From Vulcanisaeta distributa DSM 14429 (GTDB taxonomy: Archaea > Thermoproteota > Thermoprotei > Thermoproteales > Thermocladiaceae): a stretch of 32,000 nucleotides of DNA. Location of the stretch: the NCBI RefSeq assembly GCF_000148385.1, contig NC_014537.1, positions 2,040,001 through 2,072,000 of the forward strand. Direction: 5' to 3'. Positions 1-9,061 of the stretch are shown here, piece after piece. The notes under the pieces are model-generated. The model worked only from the letters and a program-made list of their open reading frames with translations. It made no database searches and was not told the DNA's origin. A program made the translations under genes and the position numbers. Within the stretch, counting starts at the first letter, position 1. Every line of letters starts with the position of its first letter.

Positions 1-2
1 TG

Positions 3-200
3 GCTTACTGGCTCGGTCCTGGGTATGCCAGGGCATTGCTTGATAGGCTCGTCTCAAGCGGCTACATAGCAATTAAGGGTGATAGGGTTGAACTACTGCG
101 TAGGTTCAAGACCAGTAAGAGCCAGCAACAGGTGTATAGGGAAGCAAGAGACGTTGTTATTAGCACTTACCTATCGATACAGCGCCCACCGAGTAAGTGA
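3..200 (+). CDS. 3' end of a CDS cut by the window edge (66 codons, ...GYARALLDRLVSSGYIAIKGDRVELLRRFK...). Winged-helix-like tail, product unknown.
   Basis: Frame 3 is open from base 3 to TGA at 198-200. It is absent from the ORF track because no start lies in the window. It converges on the AGOG gene and overlaps its 3' end by 34 nt. Confidence 0.3.
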   Translation, partial: AYWLGPGYARALLDRLVSSGYIAIKGDRVELLRRFKTSKSQQQVYREARDVVISTYLSIQRPPSK

Positions 201-1012
201 AGTAATTCGAGAACCCTCCCATTGTAGATGTTTAGGGCCTTTGCCCCATTAATTGCCTTATTCATGCTAAATGAGGAGTTGATTAGTAAACCACCGAGAA
301 CCCAAACCACGGAGTCTAGGTTAAGTGGTGGTACCCCACTGAGCCTACCAATCTCACTCCATATACCCTGAATCTCAGCCCTCCGTCTAGTCATTAACTC
401 CCTGGCCAGCCCAGCCACATTATCGAGACCCCCCATGACCGGCATTAAGCCACTGCATATCGTTATTACGGTAACCCTGTAATCCACGGGTATTGGTATC
501 TCCATTGGGACAGAAACGTCGAACCCGCAGACCCTACCCACGTAATACGCCATCTTAACCGCAAACACTATCGTCTTCTCATCACCACTCGTATTAGTTA
601 CCTTCGAAAGCAGTTTCCAGAGCGACGTTAAGTCGCTTAAGTAATTACTAATGCCCAACCTGGCTATTTGTGGGCAGGCATTTTGAATTCTCCTTATCCT
701 TGAATCCCTATACCGAGCTAAGTACCTACTATTCATTACGTAATTTATGAAGTCCCTGCACAAATCGGCTGGTTTATTCACAATGAAGTAGTTGGCGAAG
801 TAGTTCCAGTGATCCTCACCCTTACCAGTCAGTTGATAGCTAACTAAGGCATTGAGTATTGTTAATTTCAGTGTTGTTTCAACGTCGTGCCTCAATTCAC
901 GGCACAATCTGGCTACGGCAAGGTACTGGGGATCTCTCTCCTCAAAACCCCTAACCCAGTCTATACCGAGTTCACGTAGTACCTCCGCTATCTTCTCCTT
1001 AATACTGCTCAT
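167..1012 (-). CDS. Archaeal 8-oxoguanine DNA glycosylase / N-glycosylase-DNA lyase (AGOG family)
   Basis: The translation is colinear with remembered Pyrobaculum Pa-AGOG: ERDPQY, LNALVSYQLTGKGEDHW, DLCRDF, IPIPVDYRV. I chose the start at the internal ATG (MSSIKEK, 1010-1012), which lies 2 nt downstream of the upstream gene's stop at 1015-1017. The ORF track extends to 1054. Confidence 0.85.
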   Translation of the reverse strand: MSSIKEKIAEVLRELGIDWVRGFEERDPQYLAVARLCRELRHDVETTLKLTILNALVSYQLTGKGEDHWNYFANYFIVNKPADLCRDFINYVMNSRYLARYRDSRIRRIQNACPQIARLGISNYLSDLTSLWKLLSKVTNTSGDEKTIVFAVKMAYYVGRVCGFDVSVPMEIPIPVDYRVTVITICSGLMPVMGGLDNVAGLARELMTRRRAEIQGIWSEIGRLSGVPPLNLDSVVWVLGGLLINSSFSMNKAINGAKALNIYNGRVLELLHLLGGRCIDR

Positions 1013-1014
1013 TG

Positions 1015-1515
1015 TTAACCCCGCATTAACCTGTGAATTGAATAATACCTCCAAATGGTTATTAATGCAATGACTTGACCCCAGTCAAGGTATAGGAGTG
1101 GTTTACCCACGGTAATTAGTACGTAAGTTAATGGGTAGACTATTACTGGCGCGCCTATTGTGAATAGGTATATGTAGTGCGTTATTACGTAGGAAATCCC
1201 GTAAATAACACCTGACGAGTCGAGCACAATTGATGGCTTTATTATGTAGGCTATGTACGTGATTATCCACGCAAGGAACAGCAGCGATGAAACCCTCCAC
1301 ATATAGAGATAGAGCGGTAAATAACCAACATGAATCACCTCCCCAGACCTATAAACCACATAGCCATAAGCCCTAAACTCCAGTGCAAACGCCTCACCAA
1401 AGTGCGACAAACCCAGTGGTAGGAATAATGCCGTAATGATAATACCGAGTATAAACCCCCTCCTAACCCTTGCCTTAACATCCTCACGATTACTTAGGGC
1501 ACTACCACTGCCCAT
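1015..1515 (-). CDS. Hypothetical polytopic membrane protein
   Basis: 166-aa ORF with four or five hydrophobic segments. It is tightly packed with the downstream AGOG gene. No recognisable motif. Confidence 0.5.
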   Translation of the reverse strand: MGSGSALSNREDVKARVRRGFILGIIITALFLPLGLSHFGEAFALEFRAYGYVVYRSGEVIHVGYLPLYLYMWRVSSLLFLAWIITYIAYIIKPSIVLDSSGVIYGISYVITHYIYLFTIGAPVIVYPLTYVLITVGKPLLYLDWGQVIALITIWRYYSIHRLMRG

Positions 1516-1561
1516 TACTGGCTAACTCCATTAGGCAGTTATTAAAGAATCACGCACCTCC

Positions 1562-2809
1562 TTAAATTAACCTATACAGACCAGTTATTAACGTGTAATA
1601 AAGTGTAAGCCCTATGAGAGACCATAAAACCACCGATATTGCAATCATCACCTTACCCCTTAATGCCTGGTCCCTAATCACCTTCGTGAGGAGTGTCTCT
1701 AGGAATTGACCACCATCGAGGGGATATGCAGGGAAGGCATTGAGTAATGCCAAGGTTAGATTTAGAGTGTATATCCAGAACATTAGGTTATAAAATGAAC
1801 TACTCTCCACGACTATACCCCATGGGTTTATGTATAGGGCTGAATAACCAAGTAATGCCATTGATAGGTTACCCGTACTTAGTACTTCGTTGAATACGGT
1901 GCCATTTGCGGGGTTAAACACGGTTAACGTGACGTTACTTGAGCCGACTGAGTTTAGTATTGATATTAATGAGTATATGCTGGCCACTGGATGATTGTTA
2001 ACCGCCGTTATTATGTAGCCACTTCTGAGGGCTATATCCGTGGAATTCGCTACATAAACTATCGTTGTTCCTAAAAGGCTTCGCGTTAATGAGGGGCTTA
2101 GTGATGCGAGTTCCACGAGAGCCACGGCTATGTAGGCAAGCACTATATTCATGAATACACCACTTGAGTACACGGCAAGCCTTACCAGTGTACCCCTATT
2201 CCTTAATTCCTCCTCATCGATCTCAACAAAGCCTCCAAAGGCCAGGAATAAGAGGGCGAAGGCCCCTCCAGACTTTATCCTTATTCCGTACCTCGAAGAC
2301 ACCGCGCCATGCGCTAGCTCATGTAGTAGTATCCCAATTCCAATAGCCACTATTATGTAGATGAATGTGTATAACGATACAGTGACCCCAGGTATTAACG
2401 GCGCAAGCGGTGTGAATCCCCTCTCAACGGTCTCCATGGGGCTCAATTTATGGGTCATTGCTATGATCATTAGGACCAAGTTCTTTGACATTAAGTAGAG
2501 CATTGATGGTAAGCCCCATGCGTTGATACTCATTATTATTAGTGGTATTGGCACGATTACGAACATCGATATCGAGAATAGACCCACGGTTAACAATATG
2601 ATTAACCAACCCGGCACCTTACGTAGTAAATTCCCAAGCGGCGCAATCACCTCCTTAACCAACTCCTCATCCCTAAGCATGATGAATACTCCGTAGTAAA
2701 CCTTCACGGGTACATTAACACCGAAATGCCTAAGCAGGTATATTATTCCGACAATTATGAACCAGGCGGCAATGACGATTAGTAAACCAAGATATTGCAT
2801 GTTAATCAC
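1562..2809 (-). CDS. Site-2 protease family zinc metalloprotease (peptidase M50)
   Basis: HELAHG (HExxH) sits in a TM segment and NAFPAYPLDGG (the second M50 motif with the LDG aspartate) lies near the C-terminus. Multiple TM helices and a central soluble insert are present. Confidence 0.85.
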   Translation of the reverse strand: MINMQYLGLLIVIAAWFIIVGIIYLLRHFGVNVPVKVYYGVFIMLRDEELVKEVIAPLGNLLRKVPGWLIILLTVGLFSISMFVIVPIPLIIMSINAWGLPSMLYLMSKNLVLMIIAMTHKLSPMETVERGFTPLAPLIPGVTVSLYTFIYIIVAIGIGILLHELAHGAVSSRYGIRIKSGGAFALLFLAFGGFVEIDEEELRNRGTLVRLAVYSSGVFMNIVLAYIAVALVELASLSPSLTRSLLGTTIVYVANSTDIALRSGYIITAVNNHPVASIYSLISILNSVGSSNVTLTVFNPANGTVFNEVLSTGNLSMALLGYSALYINPWGIVVESSSFYNLMFWIYTLNLTLALLNAFPAYPLDGGQFLETLLTKVIRDQALRGKVMIAISVVLWSLIGLTLYYTLITGLYRLI

Positions 2810-3522
2810 CTAAATCTAAGTATGGAGCCTGTACCAACATCATGAACATTCCTATAACCACTCACCAACTCCCTCCTAAGCCTAGGACCAGTACCATGTA
2901 GTGGGTAAACACCACTTAAGCCCCTAATGATATCCCTTAACAGCGCGCCTTGATACTCACTTATTGATGTAGCCCCCAGACCGCCCACGAAGTACTTAAC
3001 ACCAAGTTCCTTGAAAAACCTCGTTATCTCATCATCATTAATAAGCCATAGGTTTAACCCACAGCCACTAATCAATAATTTATGGCTTGGGAAGTAAATA
3101 AGCAATTCACCAACCCTCCTATTGCCAACCCTAATGAGCTCCACCACACCAAAATTAAGCTTAATCCTCTCCCTACCACCAACCTCAATGACGTCAAGAC
3201 CAAGCCCCTCAAGCTTACTTCTAAGCTCAAAACCATGCATGGTATTATCGACGGGGATTGCGACTACTGATACATCACTGACGGCATCAACACCACCCCA
3301 ATGGTGATTAACCGGTGTCGTTATGATGAGAAACCTGGGCTTAATGTTAATACCTAATACCTTACTATTACCAATTAATTTGCCGGCGCTTGAGCACGTA
3401 TCAATCATTAACTCATTATTAACAAGTAGCGATATTGAATTATCCCCCTCCACATTTGGCGCCTTTACTTCATTATCGCATATTACGTTGATTGACAATT
3501 CATTATTAGCATTCATTTCCAC
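2806..3522 (-). CDS. Metallo-beta-lactamase-fold protein of the COG1237 type with a degenerate metal-binding motif
   Basis: Colinear with my remembered COG1237 pattern: N-terminal DN..., DTxSS, GCG..., GG..., HGTG. The canonical HxHxDH is replaced by VNHHWGG. Its stop overlaps the M50 protease start by 4 nt. Confidence 0.4.
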   Translation of the reverse strand: MEMNANNELSINVICDNEVKAPNVEGDNSISLLVNNELMIDTCSSAGKLIGNSKVLGINIKPRFLIITTPVNHHWGGVDAVSDVSVVAIPVDNTMHGFELRSKLEGLGLDVIEVGGRERIKLNFGVVELIRVGNRRVGELLIYFPSHKLLISGCGLNLWLINDDEITRFFKELGVKYFVGGLGATSISEYQGALLRDIIRGLSGVYPLHGTGPRLRRELVSGYRNVHDVGTGSILRFR

Positions 3523-3613
3523 TAGGCAATAACTATATAGGAAATAAATCTTTTCTCACACACCACCCATATTCGGTAAGTTTTAAATGGGCATTAAAAT
3601 CTAAAGACCCAAG

Positions 3614-4492
3614 ATGTATCAACAACAAAGTAGTACTTGGAATAAGGTGCTTAGGTATGTATGGCCCATAGCGTTTGTACTGGCCTTTGCCATAGTTGGT
3701 GCCTGGGGGAACGTCGCGCATGAGACATTCGTAACCTGGATAATAGTAATTGCGTATTTAGTGATATTCTTTGGTATTGTGATTGCCATAGGCATTAGGA
3801 GCACCAGGGTTAGGTTTAGGGAGATTGAGGAGTACATGAAGTCTACGAAGTCCGGCGCCGTGGAGAAGCTAACGCGTGATGACTTTATCAAAGCCATGGA
3901 GAAGGACCCTGAGTATGTACAGGAGACGAATAGGTTCGTTAAGTCCCAAATGAAGAACATGATAATACTAATGGTGGTCTTAATAGGACTACTCCTACTC
4001 TACACCTACGTACTCTCGGGACCATTCATAACACTGGCCAAGTACATATCAAGCACAGTAAACATCGGTTATTACCTAAAGCCCTGGTTCACACAAACAA
4101 TTCAAGAGGCAAATCTATTCTATGCATACTTCATTGACTACCTCATATACTTCGGGGTCTTCTTCGTACTCATGTATGTAATATTCAGGATAATGAGGAT
4201 GCCCTTCATGACGACCAACGTGCAGATAACCGACTACCCATACACAGTGACTAAGGAATTGATAATCTTTAGAGACGCAATGTTAATCGACGGCATGTAC
4301 CTACTCAAGTCACCAATACAGGTAAAGCAGATAGTAATTAATGAGAAGAGGAGGTTCATAGAGTTTCAATTATCAAAACCACTGTCCGGACTACCATACA
4401 CAAAGATAAGGATTTACCATAAATCACCAAGGGACCTGTGGGATAAGGCCATGAAGAACCTATTTAAGATCGAGGAGGGTACTGCCAAGTGA
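3614..4492 (+). CDS. Hypothetical membrane protein with a C-terminal soluble domain
   Basis: 292-aa ORF with two N-terminal and about three central TM segments. The C-terminal ~90 aa are beta-rich. No diagnostic motif. Confidence 0.5.
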   Translation: MYQQQSSTWNKVLRYVWPIAFVLAFAIVGAWGNVAHETFVTWIIVIAYLVIFFGIVIAIGIRSTRVRFREIEEYMKSTKSGAVEKLTRDDFIKAMEKDPEYVQETNRFVKSQMKNMIILMVVLIGLLLLYTYVLSGPFITLAKYISSTVNIGYYLKPWFTQTIQEANLFYAYFIDYLIYFGVFFVLMYVIFRIMRMPFMTTNVQITDYPYTVTKELIIFRDAMLIDGMYLLKSPIQVKQIVINEKRRFIEFQLSKPLSGLPYTKIRIYHKSPRDLWDKAMKNLFKIEEGTAK

Positions 4493-4531
4493 TTTTGAAT
4501 AGGCATGGATTTAATTTAACCACGGATTTAA

Positions 4532-4873
4532 TTAGCCGAAGAGACTTGCAAGACCTGCTGCGATCTCCTCCTCACTCGGGCCCTCCTTCTTCTCCTCAGC
4601 CTTCTTCTCCTCCGCCTTAGCCTCAGCCTTCTGCTCACCGCCAGCCGCAGCACCACCTGCCTGGGCTGCAGCCGCTGGGGCAGCGGCAACCGGCATTGCG
4701 ACGGCCGTCTTTATGGCCTCGTCAATGTTAACCTCCTTCAGGGCAGCCACAAGCGCCTTAACCCTAACCTCGTCAACCTGTATCCCAGCTGCCTGTAGAA
4801 CCTTAATTACATTCTCCTCATTAATGGGCTGTTTACCGTAGTGCAACAGTAATGCTGCATATACGTACTCCAT
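4532..4873 (-). CDS. rpl12: 50S ribosomal stalk protein P1 (archaeal L12/aP1)
   Basis: [11 protein letters not shown]... N-terminus, an Ala/Gly/Pro hinge, a Lys/Glu-rich region and the characteristic C-terminal GLASLFG. The start is the ATG at 4871-4873, preceded by GAGGAGGT (Shine-Dalgarno-like). Confidence 0.92.
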   Translation of the reverse strand: MEYVYAALLLHYGKQPINEENVIKVLQAAGIQVDEVRVKALVAALKEVNIDEAIKTAVAMPVAAAPAAAAQAGGAAAGGEQKAEAKAEEKKAEEKKEGPSEEEIAAGLASLFG

Positions 4874-4936
4874 ACCTCCTCGACATGTCAATTGAAAACC
4901 ACTTTAAAAACATTACTTAATTCAATAAGTCAATAA

Positions 4937-5218
4937 ATGCCAAAGAAGATAGTCATAATAACGGCCGATTGGGACTACTTTAAGGACCAATTAACTGCCC
5001 TATGCTCACGGTTCATCAGAGCTGGCATTAACTGCGAAATGAAGGATTACGGGAGCCTAGATGCCCTACAATTGATAATTAAGTACGGAATTGATAATGG
5101 CTTGGTAAGGATACCGCAGATATACCTGATTAGTAATGGTGAGATAAGGAGAATTACTTATGAAATTACGAGTGATCTAAGGCTTGTTATTAAAGACCTT
5201 GATAATTACCTAAAATGA
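4937..5218 (+). CDS. Small hypothetical protein, possibly a glutaredoxin/thioredoxin-like fold without CxxC
   Basis: 93 aa. KIVIIT... then ...RIPQIYLISNGE resembles the Grx beta-alpha-beta layout, but the active-site position reads ADWDYF. The call is weak. Confidence 0.3.
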   Translation: MPKKIVIITADWDYFKDQLTALCSRFIRAGINCEMKDYGSLDALQLIIKYGIDNGLVRIPQIYLISNGEIRRITYEITSDLRLVIKDLDNYLK

Positions 5219-5234
5219 GTTAAGGATGAAATAT

Positions 5235-5275
5235 GGCCGGGGTAACCCACGACCTTCATCGGCCCGTTAGTCGGG
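5235..5275. other. GC-rich hairpin-forming segment between two convergent genes
   Basis: GGCCG (5235-5239) pairs with CGGCC (5260-5264). An inner GGG-TAA-CCC lies at 5240-5248 and CCCG-TTAGT-CGGG at 5263-5275. The segment is much more GC-rich than the surrounding intergenic DNA. Confidence 0.2.
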
Positions 5276-5326
5276 TCTCTGTGTGGTGATTAAAAATATT
5301 AACATTAATTTAATAATCTTTCGCCA

Positions 5327-6106
5327 TTATACGCCTTGGAACTTGGGTTGTCTCTTCTCCTTGAATGCCTTAATGCCTTCCTGGAAGTCCTGGCTATATC
5401 GTAGTAGCGCGAAGGTCTTCCTCTCAATATCGAAACCCACTTCCATTGGTGAGTCCTGGATTAACCTAATGGCATCCTTCAACGCCTTAATTGCCAGTGG
5501 TGATAGTGACATTAAGTCCCTGGCTATTTCCATAACCCTATCACGAACCTTAGCCGAATCAACAACCTCATGCAACAACCCATACTGAAGCGCCTCCTCT
5601 GCCTTAATCCTCCTGCCAAGGAGTAAGTAGTATCTTGCCCGTAGTGGGCCGAGCGCCTTAACAATCCTCGTCAAGCCACCACTCGCCGGTACCATGCCAA
5701 GCCTTATCTCGGGAAGCCCTATCTCCACGTCTGGCGTGCCTATCCTAATGTCGCATGCAAGGGCTAATTCCGTGCCTGCACCAAGTACGTAGCCCCTGAG
5801 GAGAGCTATCGTTGGCTTACTAAGGCTCTCCACAGTCTCTATTGTCCTGCCCCAATCAATTAATTCGTTAGGTGTGGTGTTTAGGAATTCCGTAACATCA
5901 CCACCCGCACTAAATGCCCTATCACCACTGCCCTCGAAAATCACGACCCTCACGTTGCCGTCCTGCTCCAACTCACTCACTATCCTGCCCAAATCCCTCC
6001 TCATCTCAAGCGTTATTAGGTTTAATGGCGGCCTATTTATTATGACCTCAGCAATACCATTATCAATCCTCACCAACCAACCACCGCCAGAGTACGTCCT
6101 CTCCAC
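5327..6106 (-). CDS. Enoyl-CoA hydratase/isomerase (crotonase family)
   Basis: RPPLNLIT, FSAGGDV, GYVLGAGTELALACDIRI and GLPEIRLGMVPASGG are typical crotonase oxyanion-hole and active-site segments. GTG start. Confidence 0.88.
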   Translation of the reverse strand: MERTYSGGGWLVRIDNGIAEVIINRPPLNLITLEMRRDLGRIVSELEQDGNVRVVIFEGSGDRAFSAGGDVTEFLNTTPNELIDWGRTIETVESLSKPTIALLRGYVLGAGTELALACDIRIGTPDVEIGLPEIRLGMVPASGGLTRIVKALGPLRARYYLLLGRRIKAEEALQYGLLHEVVDSAKVRDRVMEIARDLMSLSPLAIKALKDAIRLIQDSPMEVGFDIERKTFALLRYSQDFQEGIKAFKEKRQPKFQGV

Positions 6107-6201
6107 AAGCCTCTTGTTAAGGAGCGCTGATTTTAAATGAGTACCGGGATTAACACGTTTGAGTAAGCCCTTATTAATTAGTTATTAAGAACGATACTAA
6201 T

Positions 6202-7977
6202 ATGCATGGTTATGCAGGTAGGGTGCTATGGATTAATTTAAGTCGTAATGAGGTAAGGACTGAGAACATTAATGAAAGTACGGCTAAGCTATTCATAGGA
6301 GGTAGGGGATTGGGATTAAAGATAATCTTTGACTTAAACCTAAATCTAAGCAGTATTGACCCATACGGCACCGAGAACCCGTTGATAATAGCCACAGGCC
6401 CCCTAGGCGGAACCAGGATACCGCTGGCAACCAGGGCGGCGGCAATCTTCAAGTCGCCACTCACCAATAGGTGGAGTTACTCAACGGTTGGTGGAACCTT
6501 GGGCGCCTACATGAAGTATGCCGGTGTTGATGCCGTGGTGATTACCGGTGCAAGTCCAAGGCCTATTCACCTGGTGATTAGTGATGGTAAGGTTGAGTTT
6601 AGGGATGCCAGGGATTTATGGGGCCTAGATACCGTGGAGACCGAGCACGCAATTAAGAGGGAGTTCAGGGACTCCGCAGTCCTTACGATTGGGCCTGCCG
6701 GCGAGAATAAGGTGCCGTATGCGTGTATTGGTCATGAGGATTGGAGGCAGTTTGGGCGTACCGGGGCTGGAGCCGTCATGGGTAGTAAGGGCGTGAAGGC
6801 CATAACCTTCGTACCCGTTAACAAGACTGTGGACATAGCCAATGATAAGGCTTACCAGGACCTGGTTAGGAGCCTCGGTAGGCAAGCCGTCACTAACCCA
6901 GGCATGATACCGTATAGGCAGGGTGGCACCGTGAGGCTTATAGACACTGGCAATGGCATGGGGTTCTTCCCATCGATTTACTGGACCAAGGTCGTCATGC
7001 CTAACTGGGAGGATATATCGTGGGAGAAGGTGCTGAAGCCTAAGTACTTCATTAAGCATGGTGCCTGCCTATACTGCCCAGTGGCTTGTCATAAAGTCGT
7101 TAGGTCGAGCAATGGTGAGTACGACCTTGAGTATGAGACGACAATGGCCCTAGGAGGCTTGACGGGGGTTCACGACCCACAGAAGCTCATTGACCTTGCG
7201 GAGCTCGCGGATAGGCTTGGCTTCGATACGATAAGCCTCGGAAACACAATAGCCTTCCTGATTTATTTAGGTGAGAAGGGCATTGTCAAGGGTGCGCCGA
7301 AGTGGGGTGATTATGAGGGCATTAGGCGCTTAATAATTGATACGGCATATAGGCGTGGGCTTGGTGAGTTAGCGGCATTGGGTACTAAGGCAATTGCAGA
7401 GAAGTTGGGTGTTCAGGATCTGGCGATTCATGTTAAGGGGCTTGAACCAGCCGCCTATGATCCAAGGACTCTCAAGGGCATGATACTCAATAACGCCATC
7501 TCCGAGAGGGGTGCTGATCACCTATGGTCGAGCGCCTACGCCGTTGATATTACTGGCCAGGCAGGTGGTAGGTTCGCCACCGGTGAGGAAAAGGTTAAGG
7601 CTATAATGGATATTGAGGAGAGGAACGCATTATACGACTCAATGCTTCTTTGTAAGTTTGGTAGGGCCATATATACGTGGGACGTTATTAGGGATGTTAT
7701 GAATGCCGTGACCGGCTTTAACTACACGGTTGATGAGTTGAGGGAGACCGCCCAAAGAATTATTGTGCTTCACAGGTACATGAATGGTACCACCATAGAG
7801 CAGGATAGGTTACCACCGAGGTGGCTTAGGGAGCCGGTGGAGTATGAGGGTAAGAGGTACGTGGTTACTGAGGAGGAGTGGTCGTTCATGGTTAAGAAGT
7901 ACTACGAACTTAGGGGATATGACGAGGTCGGGAGGCCCAAGCAAGATACTTTAGCCAGGCTTAAAATATTGACTTAA
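6202..7977 (+). CDS. aor: Tungsten-containing aldehyde:ferredoxin oxidoreductase (AOR family)
   Basis: MHGYAGRVLWINLS N-terminus, the cluster motif GACLYCPVACHK (CxxCxxxC) plus the distal LLCKFG cysteine, and a length of 591 aa. Confidence 0.9.
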   Translation: MHGYAGRVLWINLSRNEVRTENINESTAKLFIGGRGLGLKIIFDLNLNLSSIDPYGTENPLIIATGPLGGTRIPLATRAAAIFKSPLTNRWSYSTVGGTLGAYMKYAGVDAVVITGASPRPIHLVISDGKVEFRDARDLWGLDTVETEHAIKREFRDSAVLTIGPAGENKVPYACIGHEDWRQFGRTGAGAVMGSKGVKAITFVPVNKTVDIANDKAYQDLVRSLGRQAVTNPGMIPYRQGGTVRLIDTGNGMGFFPSIYWTKVVMPNWEDISWEKVLKPKYFIKHGACLYCPVACHKVVRSSNGEYDLEYETTMALGGLTGVHDPQKLIDLAELADRLGFDTISLGNTIAFLIYLGEKGIVKGAPKWGDYEGIRRLIIDTAYRRGLGELAALGTKAIAEKLGVQDLAIHVKGLEPAAYDPRTLKGMILNNAISERGADHLWSSAYAVDITGQAGGRFATGEEKVKAIMDIEERNALYDSMLLCKFGRAIYTWDVIRDVMNAVTGFNYTVDELRETAQRIIVLHRYMNGTTIEQDRLPPRWLREPVEYEGKRYVVTEEEWSFMVKKYYELRGYDEVGRPKQDTLARLKILT

Positions 7978-7984
7978 TTTAATA

Positions 7985-8686
7985 TTAAGTCTTCACAGCC
8001 CTTATCAATAGGAATATTCCTAAATATGTCCGGTAAGATACAATGTTACCAATTAATTCCCGAATTAACCTCCTCAACCATGAAATACCTCCAATGTCCC
8101 TAACGGTAATCCTCATTGTGGCGTAATCCCAAACTTCCCTAGGCGCCACAATAGACACCAACAGCGGTAGCACGAATACTAGGTAAAATAGTAGGATGGC
8201 GTATGTTAGTGGATTATCGGGTCTCCAAAACTCGAGAACTATGAATGAGCCATCCCTCCTGAGGACCCTACGTACCTCAAGTAGCGCCATTGGTTTATTA
8301 CTGAATTGCCTAAGTGCGAATGATGTGTAAACAGCGCATATTGATCCACGCCTAATTGGCAAGTACTCACTAACACCAACGACCTTATCAATAATCTCAG
8401 AGTATTGGTCACCCATTGACTTAAGACCATTGATTGCCGGGTCAAGCAGTATTACCGGCCTATGCCTCAGGCCGTTGCGTATTACGAACCTGGTCATTGA
8501 GCCATCCCCAGCGCCAAGGTCGAGAAGATAACCACCGCAATTACCTATTGATGAGACTATCTCTTGAAAGGCCCAGTACCTGAGTCTCCTTAATTGAAAT
8601 AACGTGATGACGGTATTTACCAATTCATAGTTTGAGTATGCGAAGACCTTATTCATAACGTCTTTAAAGAATTGGGATATGCTCAC
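7985..8686 (-). CDS. Class I SAM-dependent methyltransferase (UbiE/COQ5-like) with a hydrophobic C-terminal region
   Basis: LLDLGAGDG (motif I), an acidic residue after beta-2 (LLDPA) and RVLRRDGSFIVLEF (post-II/III). A TM-like stretch YAILLFYLVFVLPLLVSIV follows. Confidence 0.7.
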   Translation of the reverse strand: MSISQFFKDVMNKVFAYSNYELVNTVITLFQLRRLRYWAFQEIVSSIGNCGGYLLDLGAGDGSMTRFVIRNGLRHRPVILLDPAINGLKSMGDQYSEIIDKVVGVSEYLPIRRGSICAVYTSFALRQFSNKPMALLEVRRVLRRDGSFIVLEFWRPDNPLTYAILLFYLVFVLPLLVSIVAPREVWDYATMRITVRDIGGISWLRRLIRELIGNIVSYRTYLGIFLLIRAVKT

Positions 8687-8690
8687 GTAA

Positions 8691-9056
8691 TCACCTTAGT
8701 AACTTCAACGAACCAGTGACCTTATTAATTAAATCCTCGGGCCCAGGCCCAATCGCAAGCACAGTGATCGTACCTGGCGGTAACTCCGTGAGGCCAGCAT
8801 CCTCAACCAGGAACGTCGGCAGGCCCAGTTTCTCCGCCTTCTCCCTAAGCCTGAGCAACTCATCCAGTGAGTTAACAATCAAAACAACCTTCTTTTGCCC
8901 AGAGGACTCCCAAGCCCTAAACCACTCAAGCCAATCCCTCCTACCATCCTCAAGGACCCTAAGCACAGCCCCAACAGCCCCATGGGCCACCTGGGCAGCC
9001 GTTTTACCACAGGACATCCCGAGGTCAGCCCTAACCACAATAACCTGCTTGTACAT
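8691..9056 (-). CDS. pth2: Peptidyl-tRNA hydrolase, archaeal type (Pth2)
   Basis: [26 protein letters not shown] and the C-terminal [18 protein letters not shown] are Pth2 hallmarks. I chose the ATG at 9054-9056, 6 nt below the upstream gene's end. The ORF track extends to 9080. Confidence 0.87.
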   Translation of the reverse strand: MYKQVIVVRADLGMSCGKTAAQVAHGAVGAVLRVLEDGRRDWLEWFRAWESSGQKKVVLIVNSLDELLRLREKAEKLGLPTFLVEDAGLTELPPGTITVLAIGPGPEDLINKVTGSLKLLR

Positions 9057-9061
9057 CGTAA

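Noticed and set aside
1-11. An 11-nt identity (TGGCTTACTGG) between the window start and the spacer at 21267-21311
   Set aside because: Given about 700 nt of spacer against 64 kb of two-strand sequence, several 11-mer matches are expected by chance, and the match does not extend.
1103-1300. 65-aa ORF in an alternative frame inside the 1015-1515 membrane protein gene
   Set aside because: It lies fully inside a longer ORF on the same strand whose TM pattern is coherent. Nothing supports an overlapping gene.
6210-7059. Antisense ORFs inside the AOR gene (6210-6467 and 6625-7059). The same pattern occurs opposite other strong genes, for example 8716-9087, 9483-9806, 13712-13963, 22235-22848, 24604-25179 and 28719-29006.
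   Set aside because: They are shadow ORFs opposite well-supported genes with clear family motifs. Their translations are Ser/Pro/Leu-rich with no recognisable domains.
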